58,816 nt of DNA from an uncultured virus (IMG/VR IMGVR_UViG_3300030329_003231) (IMGVR_UViG_3300030329_003231); one strand, 5' to 3'. Shown: positions 1 through 9,078, counted from the stretch's first letter. Notes: a model not told the origin generated them from the sequence alone. Translations and numbers: made by a program.

Positions 1-1146
1 AACTTCAATAAGTCTATCCACTTTCTTCTTATTAACAAACTGACTGTTACCAACATACAATCCGTTACGATGAAGAGTGCATACATTAGGATTTTCCCTC
101 TCTGTACACAACTTATACTTATTAAATGCAGGGTGGCGAAGAAGATTGCCACTAATGATAGGACGATATTCAATTCCCTCCTCCTTTAATTTACCTTTAA
201 GAATAGGAGTTAAACTTCCATCATGAGGAATGATAGGAAAGGAGAAACTACTATTTCCTTTTTGGAATTGAGGACAGTAATATTGATGTAAAGATGCTTT
301 AGCCTTCACCCACCAATGAGCAAAGTTATCTCTACGAATAGCAATATTTTTATCCAATTTCTTCATCTGGGAGAGACCTAAAACCGCACATATCTCATGA
401 TTACGAAGATTAAATCCTTCTGTCATGAATAAAAATGCGGGATCAACATCTGGATTCTCAGCAGAATACTTTTTAAATAATTCAGGAGAGGCTTCACGAG
501 CCATACCATGACTTCTCTTCATACGCATCAACTGATATAGATCACTATTATTAGTACACACCATACCACCCTCAATAGTGGTTATATGATGCCCAAAATA
601 GAAACTAAAAGTAGACCCAACAGAATCTCTACCTCTCTTCCCATTAGGTCCTTCTACCCCATGTGATTCACACACATCTTCCATAATAAGAGCATTAGGA
701 AAGATCTCTTTAACCTTTTCTACATCCGATGAAAGACCAATAAGATGAGTAATAAAAACTGCTTTAATATCTGGATGCTGTTCTGCAATATATTTTAATT
801 CTTCTTCATCGAATGAATAATTATCAAGATTAATATCACAAAAAATAGGTTCTAAATTTGCTTGAATAACAGGTGCGATATTAGTGACCCATGTACATGC
901 AGGAACAAGAACTTTATCACCATCTTTCAACCCATAATGCTCCTTTATAGAAGAAACTAGTAATGTATTAGCAGTACTACCACTAGACACATACAACGAA
1001 TGCTTAACACCCAACCACTCTGACCATTTCTCTTCTAATTGACGAACCTTAGGACCATTAGTAAGTCTACTACTAGTCAAAATAAAGGCTGCCATCTTTA
1101 AACGGTCCTTCAAGGTAATGGTTTCTTCCATTAATGGCCAATACAT
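1..1146 (-). CDS. PLP-dependent DegT-family enzyme, ColD/DdhC-like NDP-4-keto-6-deoxyhexose 3-dehydratase (3' end runs off the window)
   Basis: Not in ORF track. Hand translation [11 protein letters not shown]...VSSGSTAN...VPACTWVTN...EDVCESHG...STFSFYFGHHITTIEGGMV; His sits at the usual PLP-Lys position. ATG overlaps the upstream TAA. Confidence 0.85.
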   Translation of the reverse strand, partial: MYWPLMEETITLKDRLKMAAFILTSSRLTNGPKVRQLEEKWSEWLGVKHSLYVSSGSTANTLLVSSIKEHYGLKDGDKVLVPACTWVTNIAPVIQANLEPIFCDINLDNYSFDEEELKYIAEQHPDIKAVFITHLIGLSSDVEKVKEIFPNALIMEDVCESHGVEGPNGKRGRDSVGSTFSFYFGHHITTIEGGMVCTNNSDLYQLMRMKRSHGMAREASPELFKKYSAENPDVDPAFLFMTEGFNLRNHEICAVLGLSQMKKLDKNIAIRRDNFAHWWVKAKASLHQYYCPQFQKGNSSFSFPIIPHDGSLTPILKGKLKEEGIEYRPIISGNLLRHPAFNKYKLCTERENPNVCTLHRNGLYVGNSQFVNKKKVDRLIEV

Positions 1147-2075
1147 TACTTTACCTCCAATTTGTAATAATCATAAGTGGAAGTAAGACCTTCCAACAAC
1201 CCATAAGTAGGGGTCCATCCCATGGAAAAAAGTTTTGAAGAGTCTAATAATCTCTTTGATACTCCTTCTGGTTTGGTAATATCCCATTCTATCTTACCAT
1301 CATATTCTACCACATCCGATATCATTTGTGCCACTTCTTTTATTGAATGATCCTCTCCTACCCCAATATTAATAGGTTCATTATCATTATAATTATTCAT
1401 TACAAATAATAATGCATCTGCCAGATCTTCAACATAGATAAATTCTCTTCGTGCATTTCCAGATCCCCAACAAATTACCTCAGAACTCCGAGTCTTCTTT
1501 GCTTTATGAAACTTTGTAATCAAAGCAGCCATTACATGTCCCTTAGACTCACTAAATTTATCCCTAGGACCATAAATGTTATTAGGTTGAACAGAAATAA
1601 AATTATCTCCACACTCTTTCTTATAGGCTTGACATAATTTTATCCCTGCAATCTTTGCAATACAATAAAATTCATTAGCAGGAGACAAATAATTAGAAAA
1701 TAATGATTCTTCCCTAATAGGTTGATCGCATTCCTGGGGATAGGTAGCAGCAGATCCTACAAATAAAAGTTTCTTTACCTTATAATTATGAGCATTCTTA
1801 ATAACATTACTTTGAATATCTAAATTGTCCTGTATATATCCAACAGGATTATGAATATTAGATTGAACTCCTCCACATGAAGCAGCACATAAAAAAACAT
1901 AATCAGGTCTTTCTTTTTCAAAAAAATCTTTAACCTGAGAAGAATCTCTTAAATCTACTTCACTACTTGTTTTAAGAATAAGGTTTCTATATCCTTCTTC
2001 TCCTAATCTCCGAACAACAGCAGATCCTAAAAGACCATTATGACCTGCCACATAGATCTTATCTTCAATCCTCAT
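1146..2075 (-). CDS. fcl: GDP-L-fucose synthase/ColC-like epimerase-reductase
   Basis: [19 protein letters not shown] (YxxxK), [15 protein letters not shown]; follows gmd. Start trimmed to MRIEDK. Confidence 0.85.
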   Translation of the reverse strand: MRIEDKIYVAGHNGLLGSAVVRRLGEEGYRNLILKTSSEVDLRDSSQVKDFFEKERPDYVFLCAASCGGVQSNIHNPVGYIQDNLDIQSNVIKNAHNYKVKKLLFVGSAATYPQECDQPIREESLFSNYLSPANEFYCIAKIAGIKLCQAYKKECGDNFISVQPNNIYGPRDKFSESKGHVMAALITKFHKAKKTRSSEVICWGSGNARREFIYVEDLADALLFVMNNYNDNEPINIGVGEDHSIKEVAQMISDVVEYDGKIEWDITKPEGVSKRLLDSSKLFSMGWTPTYGLLEGLTSTYDYYKLEVK

Positions 2076-3138
2076 AGGTGTAACTACTATATCCATTATC
2101 AATTAATAATTGCTCTTTCTTAGCAATCTTAATATCCTTTTCCACCATCTCTTCAATCATCTGCTCTACTGTAATCTCAGGCTTCCATCCCAATTCTTTC
2201 CTTGCCTTAGTAGAATCACCCAACAACGACTCCACTTCTGAATCACGGAAGTACCTAGGACTAACTCCCACTACTTTATTACCTGTATTAGTATCAATTC
2301 CAATCTCTTCTAAACCAGAACCTTCCCATACGATATTCATACCCAAGACCTTACCAGTCTTCTCTACAAATTCCCTAACAGTAATTTGCTTCTCAGTGGC
2401 AATTACATAGTCATCAGCATTATCTTGTTGGAGCATCATCCACATTGCCCTTACATAATCCTTAGCATGTCCCCAATCCCGTTTGGCATCCAGATTTCCA
2501 AGATATAAACACTTGATCATACCAAGATGAATCCTTGCCATAATTCTAGTAATCTTCCTAGTTACAAAGGTCTCTCCTCTACGAGGACTCTCATGATTAA
2601 AAAGAATACCTGAACAAGCAAAAATATTATAGGACTCACGATAGTTCTTGGTGATCCAATGACCATAAAGTTTTGCTACTCCATAAGGAGAACGAGGATA
2701 GAAAGGAGTCTTCTCTGTCTGTGGATTCTCCTGAACTAATCCATACATCTCTGATGAAGAAGCTTGATAAAACTTAGTCTTACCAATCAATCCCAGAGTT
2801 TTAATAGCTTCCAAAATACGAAGAACACCCACGGCATCTCCATTAGCAGTGTATTCTGGTGTCTCAAATGAAACTTTTACGTGACTTTGTGCTGCAATAT
2901 TATAAATCTCATCCGGTCTTATAGTATTAATAATATTAACTAAATTTGAGGAGTCAGTCAGATCTCCATAGTGCATAAAGAAGTTTTTATTCTTAGCAAA
3001 AATATGATCTACCCTATCAGTATTAAAAGAAGAACTCCTTCTTTTAAGACCATGAACTTGATATCCTTTTTCTAATAAAAATTCAGCAAGGTATGACCCA
3101 TCTTGACCGGTCACACCCGTTATTAACGCAGTTTTCAT
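2065..3138 (-). CDS. gmd: GDP-mannose 4,6-dehydratase
   Basis: [57 protein letters not shown]. Confidence 0.97.
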   Translation of the reverse strand: MKTALITGVTGQDGSYLAEFLLEKGYQVHGLKRRSSSFNTDRVDHIFAKNKNFFMHYGDLTDSSNLVNIINTIRPDEIYNIAAQSHVKVSFETPEYTANGDAVGVLRILEAIKTLGLIGKTKFYQASSSEMYGLVQENPQTEKTPFYPRSPYGVAKLYGHWITKNYRESYNIFACSGILFNHESPRRGETFVTRKITRIMARIHLGMIKCLYLGNLDAKRDWGHAKDYVRAMWMMLQQDNADDYVIATEKQITVREFVEKTGKVLGMNIVWEGSGLEEIGIDTNTGNKVVGVSPRYFRDSEVESLLGDSTKARKELGWKPEITVEQMIEEMVEKDIKIAKKEQLLIDNGYSSYTYED

Positions 3139-3158
3139 GTAGCTTACACTTTCACATT

Positions 3159-3187
3159 ATTATACAAAGAAAGGAGGTTGAGGTCAA
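3159..3187 (-). promoter_or_regulatory. sigma70-type promoter for the gmd-fcl-colD operon
   Basis: TTGACC-17 nt-TATAAT. Confidence 0.75.
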
Positions 3188-3193
3188 CCTCCT
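3166..3193 (-). terminator. intrinsic terminator overlapping the -35 element
   Basis: AGGAGGTTG/CAACCTCCT inverted repeat followed by TTCTTT on the minus strand. Confidence 0.7.
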
Positions 3194-3198
3194 GTTAC

Positions 3199-3456
3199 TC
3201 AGATAGTATTATATACAGGACTTCCTGGGAACTGCTTTCTAAGTTGTTGAACCACTTTATCCAATCTCTCAGAAGTTGGATCTCCTGCCACAACCCCTGC
3301 TGGAGCTGGTGCTGCTGGTTCATGTTGATGCTCTTTCAGTGTAGCAATCTCTGCTTGTAGTTTAACAATGTCTCCTACAATTGCTTTGAGTTTTGCTTCA
3401 ACTTCATTATCATATGCGGACATGTATGAACCGCTATCAGACTTTTTCCTTGCCAT
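3199..3456 (-). CDS. hypothetical coiled-coil protein
   Basis: 85-aa ORF preceded by a late-promoter-like motif. Confidence 0.7.
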   Translation of the reverse strand: MARKKSDSGSYMSAYDNEVEAKLKAIVGDIVKLQAEIATLKEHQHEPAAPAPAGVVAGDPTSERLDKVVQQLRKQFPGSPVYNTI

Positions 3457-3487
3457 TGTTTTTTTTAATAAAATAGAACTGTTGAGT

Positions 3488-3495
3488 TATTTATG
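3488..3495 (-). promoter_or_regulatory. T4-type (gp55) late promoter
   Basis: CATAAATA about 30 nt upstream of the ATG. Confidence 0.5.
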
Positions 3496-3567
3496 CCACC
3501 TATTGGACTTGAACCAACGACCTGAGCGTTACTAATGCCCTGCTCTACCAGACTGAGCTAAGATGGC
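3494..3567 (-). tRNA. tRNA-Thr, anticodon AGT (CCA not encoded)
   Basis: GCCATCT TA GCTC AGTCTGGTA GAGC A GGGCA TTAGTAA CGCTC AGGTC GTTGG TTCAAGT CCAAT AGGTGGC A: full cloverleaf, loop TT-AGT-AA, one A31-C39 mismatch. Confidence 0.88.
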
Positions 3568-3788
3568 TCATCCTTGACATAACAAGGAACTCCTTCTGGA
3601 TCTAACCATTTAGTATATTCAAAATCTTCAATAGCAGTAGTCATCTGCATTGCATTATCACATAGGTACATATCTCTGTACCTCTTAGTGTAATAATCCT
3701 CTTTTTGAATACGGAAATCTGGCTTACCATTTTCCAGAGTTCCTACTTCCACATAACGGTATGGATACCGTTCCATAATAATGTTCAT
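3558..3788 (-). CDS. conserved cyanophage hypothetical protein
   Basis: MERYPYRYVEVGTLENGKPDFRIQK...WLDPEGVPCY, recalled as a cyanomyovirus family. Confidence 0.75.
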   Translation of the reverse strand: MNIIMERYPYRYVEVGTLENGKPDFRIQKEDYYTKRYRDMYLCDNAMQMTTAIEDFEYTKWLDPEGVPCYVKDEPS

Positions 3789-3994
3789 GATACCTCCGCA
3801 AGATCTTGTCTAAGACATTCGATTATAAGACTATAATCAGATTCTGGATCTTCATCATTATATGATATCTCATCTTGATAATAACGTTTAATCTTCTTAT
3901 AAAGTTTTGGATCTTTTAAATCTAGAAAAATTTCTTTATTAGCAGCAGCCCGAAGGATGCCTATGTCTTTCTTAAACTTTGAAGTAAGCGTCAT
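3785..3994 (-). CDS. conserved cyanophage hypothetical protein
   Basis: 69-aa ORF directly after a promoter; ATGA overlap with the next gene. Confidence 0.75.
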   Translation of the reverse strand: MTLTSKFKKDIGILRAAANKEIFLDLKDPKLYKKIKRYYQDEISYNDEDPESDYSLIIECLRQDLAEVS

Positions 3995-4017
3995 TGCTTT
4001 GGTTAGTTGACTTTAAG

Positions 4018-4046
4018 ATTATAATGGAACGTGTAGCCTAAGTCAA
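4018..4046 (-). promoter_or_regulatory. sigma70-type promoter
   Basis: TTGACT-17 nt-TATAAT. Confidence 0.8.
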
Positions 4047-4054
4047 GTGGACAA

Positions 4055-4222
4055 TTATGTTTCTGCACTACCTCCTGTTGTATGCAGACGAATATATTCA
4101 TCGGATGGAACCAAAACTGCACTTACATCTCCATCCGTCACTGTGATCTTCTCCCCCTTTTCCACTCTTTTAATAACATTATCAGGATCTTTTGCATATT
4201 CCTCTATGGTTATAGTAGTCAT
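4055..4222 (-). CDS. Phd/YefM antitoxin-like small protein (55 aa)
   Basis: Not in track. MTTITIEEYAKDPDNVIKRVEKGEKITVTDGDVSAVLVPSDEY matches the Phd N-terminal pattern; ATGA overlap with talC. Confidence 0.6.
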   Translation of the reverse strand: MTTITIEEYAKDPDNVIKRVEKGEKITVTDGDVSAVLVPSDEYIRLHTTGGSAET

Positions 4223-4866
4223 AAGATACTTGCTGCATAATCCTTATCAAACTGATCTAATCCTTTATCAGTAAGAATATGATTATACATCTTCTCAAAG
4301 ACAGTTGGTGGCATCGTAACAATGTCAGCACCTACACTAAAACAATCAGCAACACTATGAACATCACGTAAAGACGCAGCAAGAACTTCTGTTCCTGTAA
4401 CCATTTGTTGCTGATATAAAGAAGAAATCTTTGCAATCAATTCCACTCCGTTAAAGGAATTGTCATCTACTCTTCCCACAAACGGTGAAACATATTTTGC
4501 ACCTGCCTTTGCAGAAAGTATTGCCTGAGAGACAGAAAATATCAAAGTAACATTAACTTTAATACCTTCCAAAGAAAGTTCTCTACATGCATCAAGACCA
4601 TCAGAAGTACAAGGAACTTTAATAGTTGCACACTTACCAAACTTCTTATGCAATCTCTTACCTTCAGAGATCATATTTTCCTTACTACCAATGACTTCCA
4701 TACTGATATCTTTAATACCAATATCTTTTAGTTCTTGATAAACTTCCTCATGCTTATGCCCACTTTTCCTAATAAGGGTGGGATTGGTGGTGAGACCGTC
4801 AATTAATCCGGTCTTAAAATGTTTACGAACGACATCTGTTTCAGCAGTGTCAAGAAAAATTTTCAT
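4219..4866 (-). CDS. talC: transaldolase (TalC/MipB family)
   Basis: KIFLDTA, GLTTNPTLI, TIKVP, NVTLIFS, YVSPFVGR, LAASLR. Confidence 0.97.
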   Translation of the reverse strand: MKIFLDTAETDVVRKHFKTGLIDGLTTNPTLIRKSGHKHEEVYQELKDIGIKDISMEVIGSKENMISEGKRLHKKFGKCATIKVPCTSDGLDACRELSLEGIKVNVTLIFSVSQAILSAKAGAKYVSPFVGRVDDNSFNGVELIAKISSLYQQQMVTGTEVLAASLRDVHSVADCFSVGADIVTMPPTVFEKMYNHILTDKGLDQFDKDYAASIL

Positions 4867-4893
4867 AGTGATTTAAATACCATTGTTATATAG

Positions 4894-5175
4894 TCACCCT
4901 TGCCAAATCATATCAGGCATAGGTTGTTGGCCAGGTCTCAATACAAATAAGAGTATAGCATACCCTATAAACCATATTATATTAAAAAGCCATGCTTGTC
5001 TAATCAAATATTTTCTTATACCCATAGAAATCATGACATTCTTAACGGCTTGAGGATCATCTTCACTACCTCTTGCTCTAAGTATCTGCTCTATAATCAC
5101 TGCAATGATTGAACCTATCACAAGGGGATAGAATACAAAATTTGCAAATGACATTATTGCTATAAGGAAAGTCAT
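4894..5175 (-). CDS. two-TM membrane protein, picocyanobacterial-like
   Basis: Two hydrophobic segments; C-terminal PDMIWQG. Confidence 0.7.
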   Translation of the reverse strand: MTFLIAIMSFANFVFYPLVIGSIIAVIIEQILRARGSEDDPQAVKNVMISMGIRKYLIRQAWLFNIIWFIGYAILLFVLRPGQQPMPDMIWQG

Positions 5176-5345
5176 AGTCTTTGAATACCTTTCTCTTTAT
5201 GAGTATGAGCTATACCAAGTTCATGCATCCTAGCATGTTCTGCTATTGGATCTCTAACGTCTTTACCTCCTGGTCCAAATGTGAACCAAAGACCTCCTCC
5301 CACGAGGAGAAAAAGAATTCCTATAATAATAAAAACTAAAATCAT
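5172..5345 (-). CDS. psbN: PsbN-like protein, divergent, with His-rich tail (57 aa)
   Basis: Not in track. MILVFIIIGILFLLVGGGLWFTFGPGGKDVRDPIAEHARMHELGIAHTH: TM helix plus FGPxxKxxRDPxxEH; ATGA overlaps at both ends. Confidence 0.65.
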   Translation of the reverse strand: MILVFIIIGILFLLVGGGLWFTFGPGGKDVRDPIAEHARMHELGIAHTHKEKGIQRL

Positions 5346-5590
5346 TTTTTTGTTGGATCGGGAAGAATAAATGGTGGTGCGTCATTACAAGAAGACGGAC
5401 CATAAGTTTCATACTCTCTATAACCACCCATCTTACCATTAGTTTTCATCAAAGCACTGGTAAAAGCAAGGAGCAGAAATATTGTTGGAGCACCTATAAT
5501 TAATGCTGCACCAAAAATATATCCTACTAAAAATTCTGGGATCGAATGATTACCCAGAAACTCATGGTTGTTGAGAAGAAAATCAATCAT
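5342..5590 (-). CDS. single-TM membrane protein, picocyanobacterial-like
   Basis: HSIPEFLVGYIFGAALIIGAPTIFLLLAF hydrophobic core. Confidence 0.7.
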   Translation of the reverse strand: MIDFLLNNHEFLGNHSIPEFLVGYIFGAALIIGAPTIFLLLAFTSALMKTNGKMGGYREYETYGPSSCNDAPPFILPDPTKK

Positions 5591-5913
5591 CTATCAAGTG
5601 CATCTAAGTTACCATGACGAACTGGTCTTTTTAACCTACTTTCTATCTCATTATAATCAACGGAAACAGGTTTATGATGTGCCATACCATCATGATTACC
5701 ATCGTTAGGAAGTTTACCTGTCATGAGATACTCAATAGTTTCTTTACATCCTCTAAGATAATGAAGTTGTTTATCAATCTTAACCCATTCCTCATGAGAA
5801 TCGGCAAGTTGAAATTGTTTACCTTCTAATTGCTCGGTTCTTTTAGTAAAGCGAGCTAAAAGTTGGTCATAGTTTTCAGTTTCTTTCACAATCAAGCTCC
5901 TATAAATTAACAT
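5587..5913 (-). CDS. hypothetical protein
   Basis: ORF coupled to the next gene; true start may be the GTG near 5889. Confidence 0.65.
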   Translation of the reverse strand: MLIYRSLIVKETENYDQLLARFTKRTEQLEGKQFQLADSHEEWVKIDKQLHYLRGCKETIEYLMTGKLPNDGNHDGMAHHKPVSVDYNEIESRLKRPVRHGNLDALDR

Positions 5914-6132
5914 ATAAAAAATGGTGACAAGAACATCAGTTGTTGATGTACGGATATTACTACCCCTATTGTCATCAGTACGGGAATCGCTACTAGTTTA
6001 ATCATCGTTTTACGTCGTGAGCACAACCATCGCCCTGATATTTATCAGTATTATAATACCCTCCTTTTGTCCCAAAGTAAAGGGTTGTCACTACAAAAGG
6101 TATGCAAATCACTATAAGAAAGTCTGCAAGGA

Positions 6133-6480
6133 TCATTTTCTAGATATTACCACATCTCCACCATCATCATCATCTTCTTCATCCTCTCCTTCCAACTCTA
6201 ATCTAAGTGCTTCTATTCTTGCTTGTAAATCTCTATATTCTTCCAAATCACATTCAGTTTTCTGCTCAAAATTAACACCTAATAATTTAGTACCCGGCTC
6301 CACATCCTTCATTTCAGGATGAACAGGTTTTATTACCTCAGTACTCCATTCACCTGTCAAGCGACCTGCATTAAAATCTCTCACTGGTCTAGAATTAGCA
6401 GCACTAACTATTAACCACACTGCACCTGCCAAAAGAGATATGGATACAACTACAAATAAAAGGGCAGATAAATCATCCAT
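6133..6480 (-). CDS. DUF2973-like membrane protein
   Basis: N-terminal TM, VHPEM motif, LLGVNF, coiled coil and acidic tail. Confidence 0.65.
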   Translation of the reverse strand: MDDLSALLFVVVSISLLAGAVWLIVSAANSRPVRDFNAGRLTGEWSTEVIKPVHPEMKDVEPGTKLLGVNFEQKTECDLEEYRDLQARIEALRLELEGEDEEDDDDGGDVVISRK

Positions 6481-6590
6481 TAGTCATCTTTATCCCTACT
6501 TCTCAATTCTTCATTTAACAAATAAAACCACACTACACCAAGTACCATAGCAATAGCAATTCTAATTGATCCCCAAGATGTATCAATCAT
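6480..6590 (-). CDS. 36-aa single-TM miniprotein
   Basis: Not in track. [41 protein letters not shown] overlaps on both sides. Confidence 0.55.
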   Translation of the reverse strand: MIDTSWGSIRIAIAMVLGVVWFYLLNEELRSRDKDD

Positions 6591-6763
6591 TATAACCTCA
6601 ATTTTAAATTAGAAGGTTGTACGATCTCTATCTTAAAAGGTTTTTCAAGAAGACTTTTAATATTCATATAAGCATACGCAGTAAACACCTGAGGGACTAT
6701 AAAAGCAATCATTGCCAGAGTCCAGAAAACATAATAATAATTTTCCTTACTCTGTGTTCTCAT
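6590..6763 (-). CDS. small single-TM protein
   Basis: [23 protein letters not shown]; start trimmed to the ATG overlapping the ndhI stop. Confidence 0.6.
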   Translation of the reverse strand: MRTQSKENYYYVFWTLAMIAFIVPQVFTAYAYMNIKSLLEKPFKIEIVQPSNLKLRL

Positions 6764-7317
6764 TTTTCTATCAACCAATCTATACCGACTCTGGGATCAT
6801 CTGCTGGTACTTCGTGGGGATCCATCTTCCCTTTTGGTAAGTAAGCCAACTCACGCATGGCCCTAACTGAGGGATCAGTTGTAACATTAGTGGGCAGTCG
6901 TCCAAGAGCGACATTATCAAAGTTGAGTGAGTGCCGATCAAATGCAGCCAGTTCATATTCCTCCGTCATGGATAAACAATTGGTTGGGCAATATTCTACA
7001 CAGTTCCCACAGAATATGCAAACCCCAAAGTCTATCGAATAGTTTCTTAATTCCTTTTTCTTTGCTTCTTTGTTAAATACCCAATCGACCACTGGGAGAT
7101 TTATTGGACATACTCTAACGCATACTTCACAAGCAATGCACTTATCAAGCTCGAAATGAATACGACCACGGTAACGTTCAGAAGGAATGAGTTTCTCATA
7201 AGGATATTGGATCGTTATAGGTCGTCTACCCATATGATCAAAGGTCACTTGTAACCCTTGTAGCATATATTTAGCAGTATCTTTTATCTCTTTAAGATAT
7301 TTAAATACTCTATTCAT
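6760..7317 (-). CDS. ndhI: NAD(P)H dehydrogenase (NDH-1) subunit I
   Basis: [20 protein letters not shown]; two 4Fe-4S motifs [12 protein letters not shown] and [12 protein letters not shown]. Confidence 0.96.
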   Translation of the reverse strand: MNRVFKYLKEIKDTAKYMLQGLQVTFDHMGRRPITIQYPYEKLIPSERYRGRIHFELDKCIACEVCVRVCPINLPVVDWVFNKEAKKKELRNYSIDFGVCIFCGNCVEYCPTNCLSMTEEYELAAFDRHSLNFDNVALGRLPTNVTTDPSVRAMRELAYLPKGKMDPHEVPADDPRVGIDWLIEK

Positions 7318-7625
7318 ATCCTTGGGATGTATCCTTTTGCTTGTTGTACTAATGGTATTACATCACTTTCCACCTTATCAACAATCTTATCAACTATACT
7401 TATATCTATATCAGCAAAAGGTGGGATGATACCTAACAATCTTAATAATCCATCTACAAATAAGGCTAAACACAAACCTCCCAAAATCATACTAATGATA
7501 GTAGCAGTCTTATTATGCTTTGCCATCAATATCCTATCCGCCTCATGAGCCTCCGCAACAGCCGCAGCAATCATTGCGTCAACTTCTTCTTTATTATAAT
7601 ACTGTTGTGGATTAGGATAATCCAT
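7314..7625 (-). CDS. membrane protein, picocyanobacterial-like
   Basis: [34 protein letters not shown]; start trimmed to MDYPNP. Confidence 0.7.
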   Translation of the reverse strand: MDYPNPQQYYNKEEVDAMIAAAVAEAHEADRILMAKHNKTATIISMILGGLCLALFVDGLLRLLGIIPPFADIDISIVDKIVDKVESDVIPLVQQAKGYIPRI

Positions 7626-7818
7626 TTGGCGGATCTTTAATGTCAATTTTCATAGGTTCTCTAGCCTTATTGTATATATCCTCAGGGTTTCGATGCGTAG
7701 ACAAATATTCACATGCTCTGATATAAACCTCATCATCGGTCTTATCAGTGTCCTCATAAATCTTTTTTGTCTTCACCATATTTTCATAAAGTTTAGCATC
7801 GGTGTTGTAATTATCCAT
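7612..7818 (-). CDS. hypothetical protein
   Basis: 68-aa ORF within the co-directional gene array. Confidence 0.55.
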   Translation of the reverse strand: MDNYNTDAKLYENMVKTKKIYEDTDKTDDEVYIRACEYLSTHRNPEDIYNKAREPMKIDIKDPPNGLS

Positions 7819-7854
7819 AGTTGAAACTGAATTCGACAGTGGATAGAGATTTAC

Positions 7855-8109
7855 TTATCTAACCTCAAAATCTAATTTACGAACTTTTCTTTTACGTCTT
7901 TCTTCTTGAAACTGTAATTCTTGTGGAGAAAAGAGTGATTGTCTTTTAGATGGTTTACTATCTGATTGTAACATTATTACTTGGTCTAAGTCAACCGCTG
8001 ATATAGAATCTCCTTTAACGGTTGTCATATTGGGACAGCCACAGCATTTAGATTGCGTTTCATGGCTGGATAATTCTTTGTTACAACTCCTGCATCGTAC
8101 TACTAACAT
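7855..8109 (-). CDS. conserved cyanophage Zn-ribbon protein
   Basis: CRSC...CCGCPN; basic C-terminus RRKRKVRKLDFEVR. Confidence 0.75.
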   Translation of the reverse strand: MLVVRCRSCNKELSSHETQSKCCGCPNMTTVKGDSISAVDLDQVIMLQSDSKPSKRQSLFSPQELQFQEERRKRKVRKLDFEVR

Positions 8110-8140
8110 CTCTTTTCATCCTGTAAATCTCTATTCACCA

Positions 8141-9064
8141 CTAATATTTATAAAATTCCACTGTTTCTTGGAGTCCTTTATCGAATGATATGGTAGGAAT
8201 CCATCCAGTTCTCTGTGTAAGTTTAGAAAAATCAGTTCCATACCTTTTATCTACTCCAGGTCTCTCATTAGAAAAACCAATTAAACTATTAGGTTTATCT
8301 AATATATCTAAAATCTTTTTGGTTACCTGAATATTTTGTAATTCACATCCACCACCAATATTAAATTTCTCATTTAAAATATTGTGTTTATCTAAAGTCC
8401 AAATAGCATCACAATGATCATCTACATGTATCCAATCTCTTATTTGTTCACCCCCATCATGCATATAAGTTATTTCATTCCTCAATGCATTGGTAACAAC
8501 CTTAGGAATTAATTTTTCCTCATGTTGTCCTGGACCATAATTGTTTGAAGAGCTAGTGATAAGATAAGGAAGACCATAAGTATTATGCCAACTGGTTACA
8601 AAATGTTCTGCTGCTGCTTTAGTAGCAGAGTAAGGATTACGAGGATCATAAGGAGTTGTTTCCTTAAAAAGTTCTTCATCATCATAATCAAGAGAACCGT
8701 AAACTTCATCGGTAGAAATATGATGGAATTTCTCAACCTTAACTTGAAGACTAGCATTTAAAAGATTAATCGTTCCATTAATATTAGTACTAATAAAAGG
8801 ATTAGAATTTGTAATAGACTTGTCTACGTGACTTTCTGCTGCAAAGTGAAATACTTTATTTGGTTTAAACTTATTAAAAAGATAATTTACATGATCTTCA
8901 TTTCTGATATCACACCAAATAAAATGACAATGATCAGGAATATATTTTTCATTAGCAGCATAAGTTAAACTATCCAATACAATAACTTCATCATCAGTTA
9001 CCTTATGAAGGTAGTGAAGAAAATTACTGCCTATAAATCCTGCTCCGCCTGTTACTAATATCAT
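8141..9064 (-). CDS. rmlB: dTDP-glucose 4,6-dehydratase
   Basis: LVTGGAGFIGSN, HFAAESHVD, HISTDEVYG, PYSATKA, NNYGP, RDWIHVDDH. Confidence 0.93.
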   Translation of the reverse strand: MILVTGGAGFIGSNFLHYLHKVTDDEVIVLDSLTYAANEKYIPDHCHFIWCDIRNEDHVNYLFNKFKPNKVFHFAAESHVDKSITNSNPFISTNINGTINLLNASLQVKVEKFHHISTDEVYGSLDYDDEELFKETTPYDPRNPYSATKAAAEHFVTSWHNTYGLPYLITSSSNNYGPGQHEEKLIPKVVTNALRNEITYMHDGGEQIRDWIHVDDHCDAIWTLDKHNILNEKFNIGGGCELQNIQVTKKILDILDKPNSLIGFSNERPGVDKRYGTDFSKLTQRTGWIPTISFDKGLQETVEFYKY

Positions 9065-9078
9065 CTTATAAAATTTGC

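Noticed and set aside
5342..5590. NdhP assignment for the 82-aa TM protein
   Set aside because: Lacks the FGTRNGFYDTD..HGNG signature; resemblance too weak.
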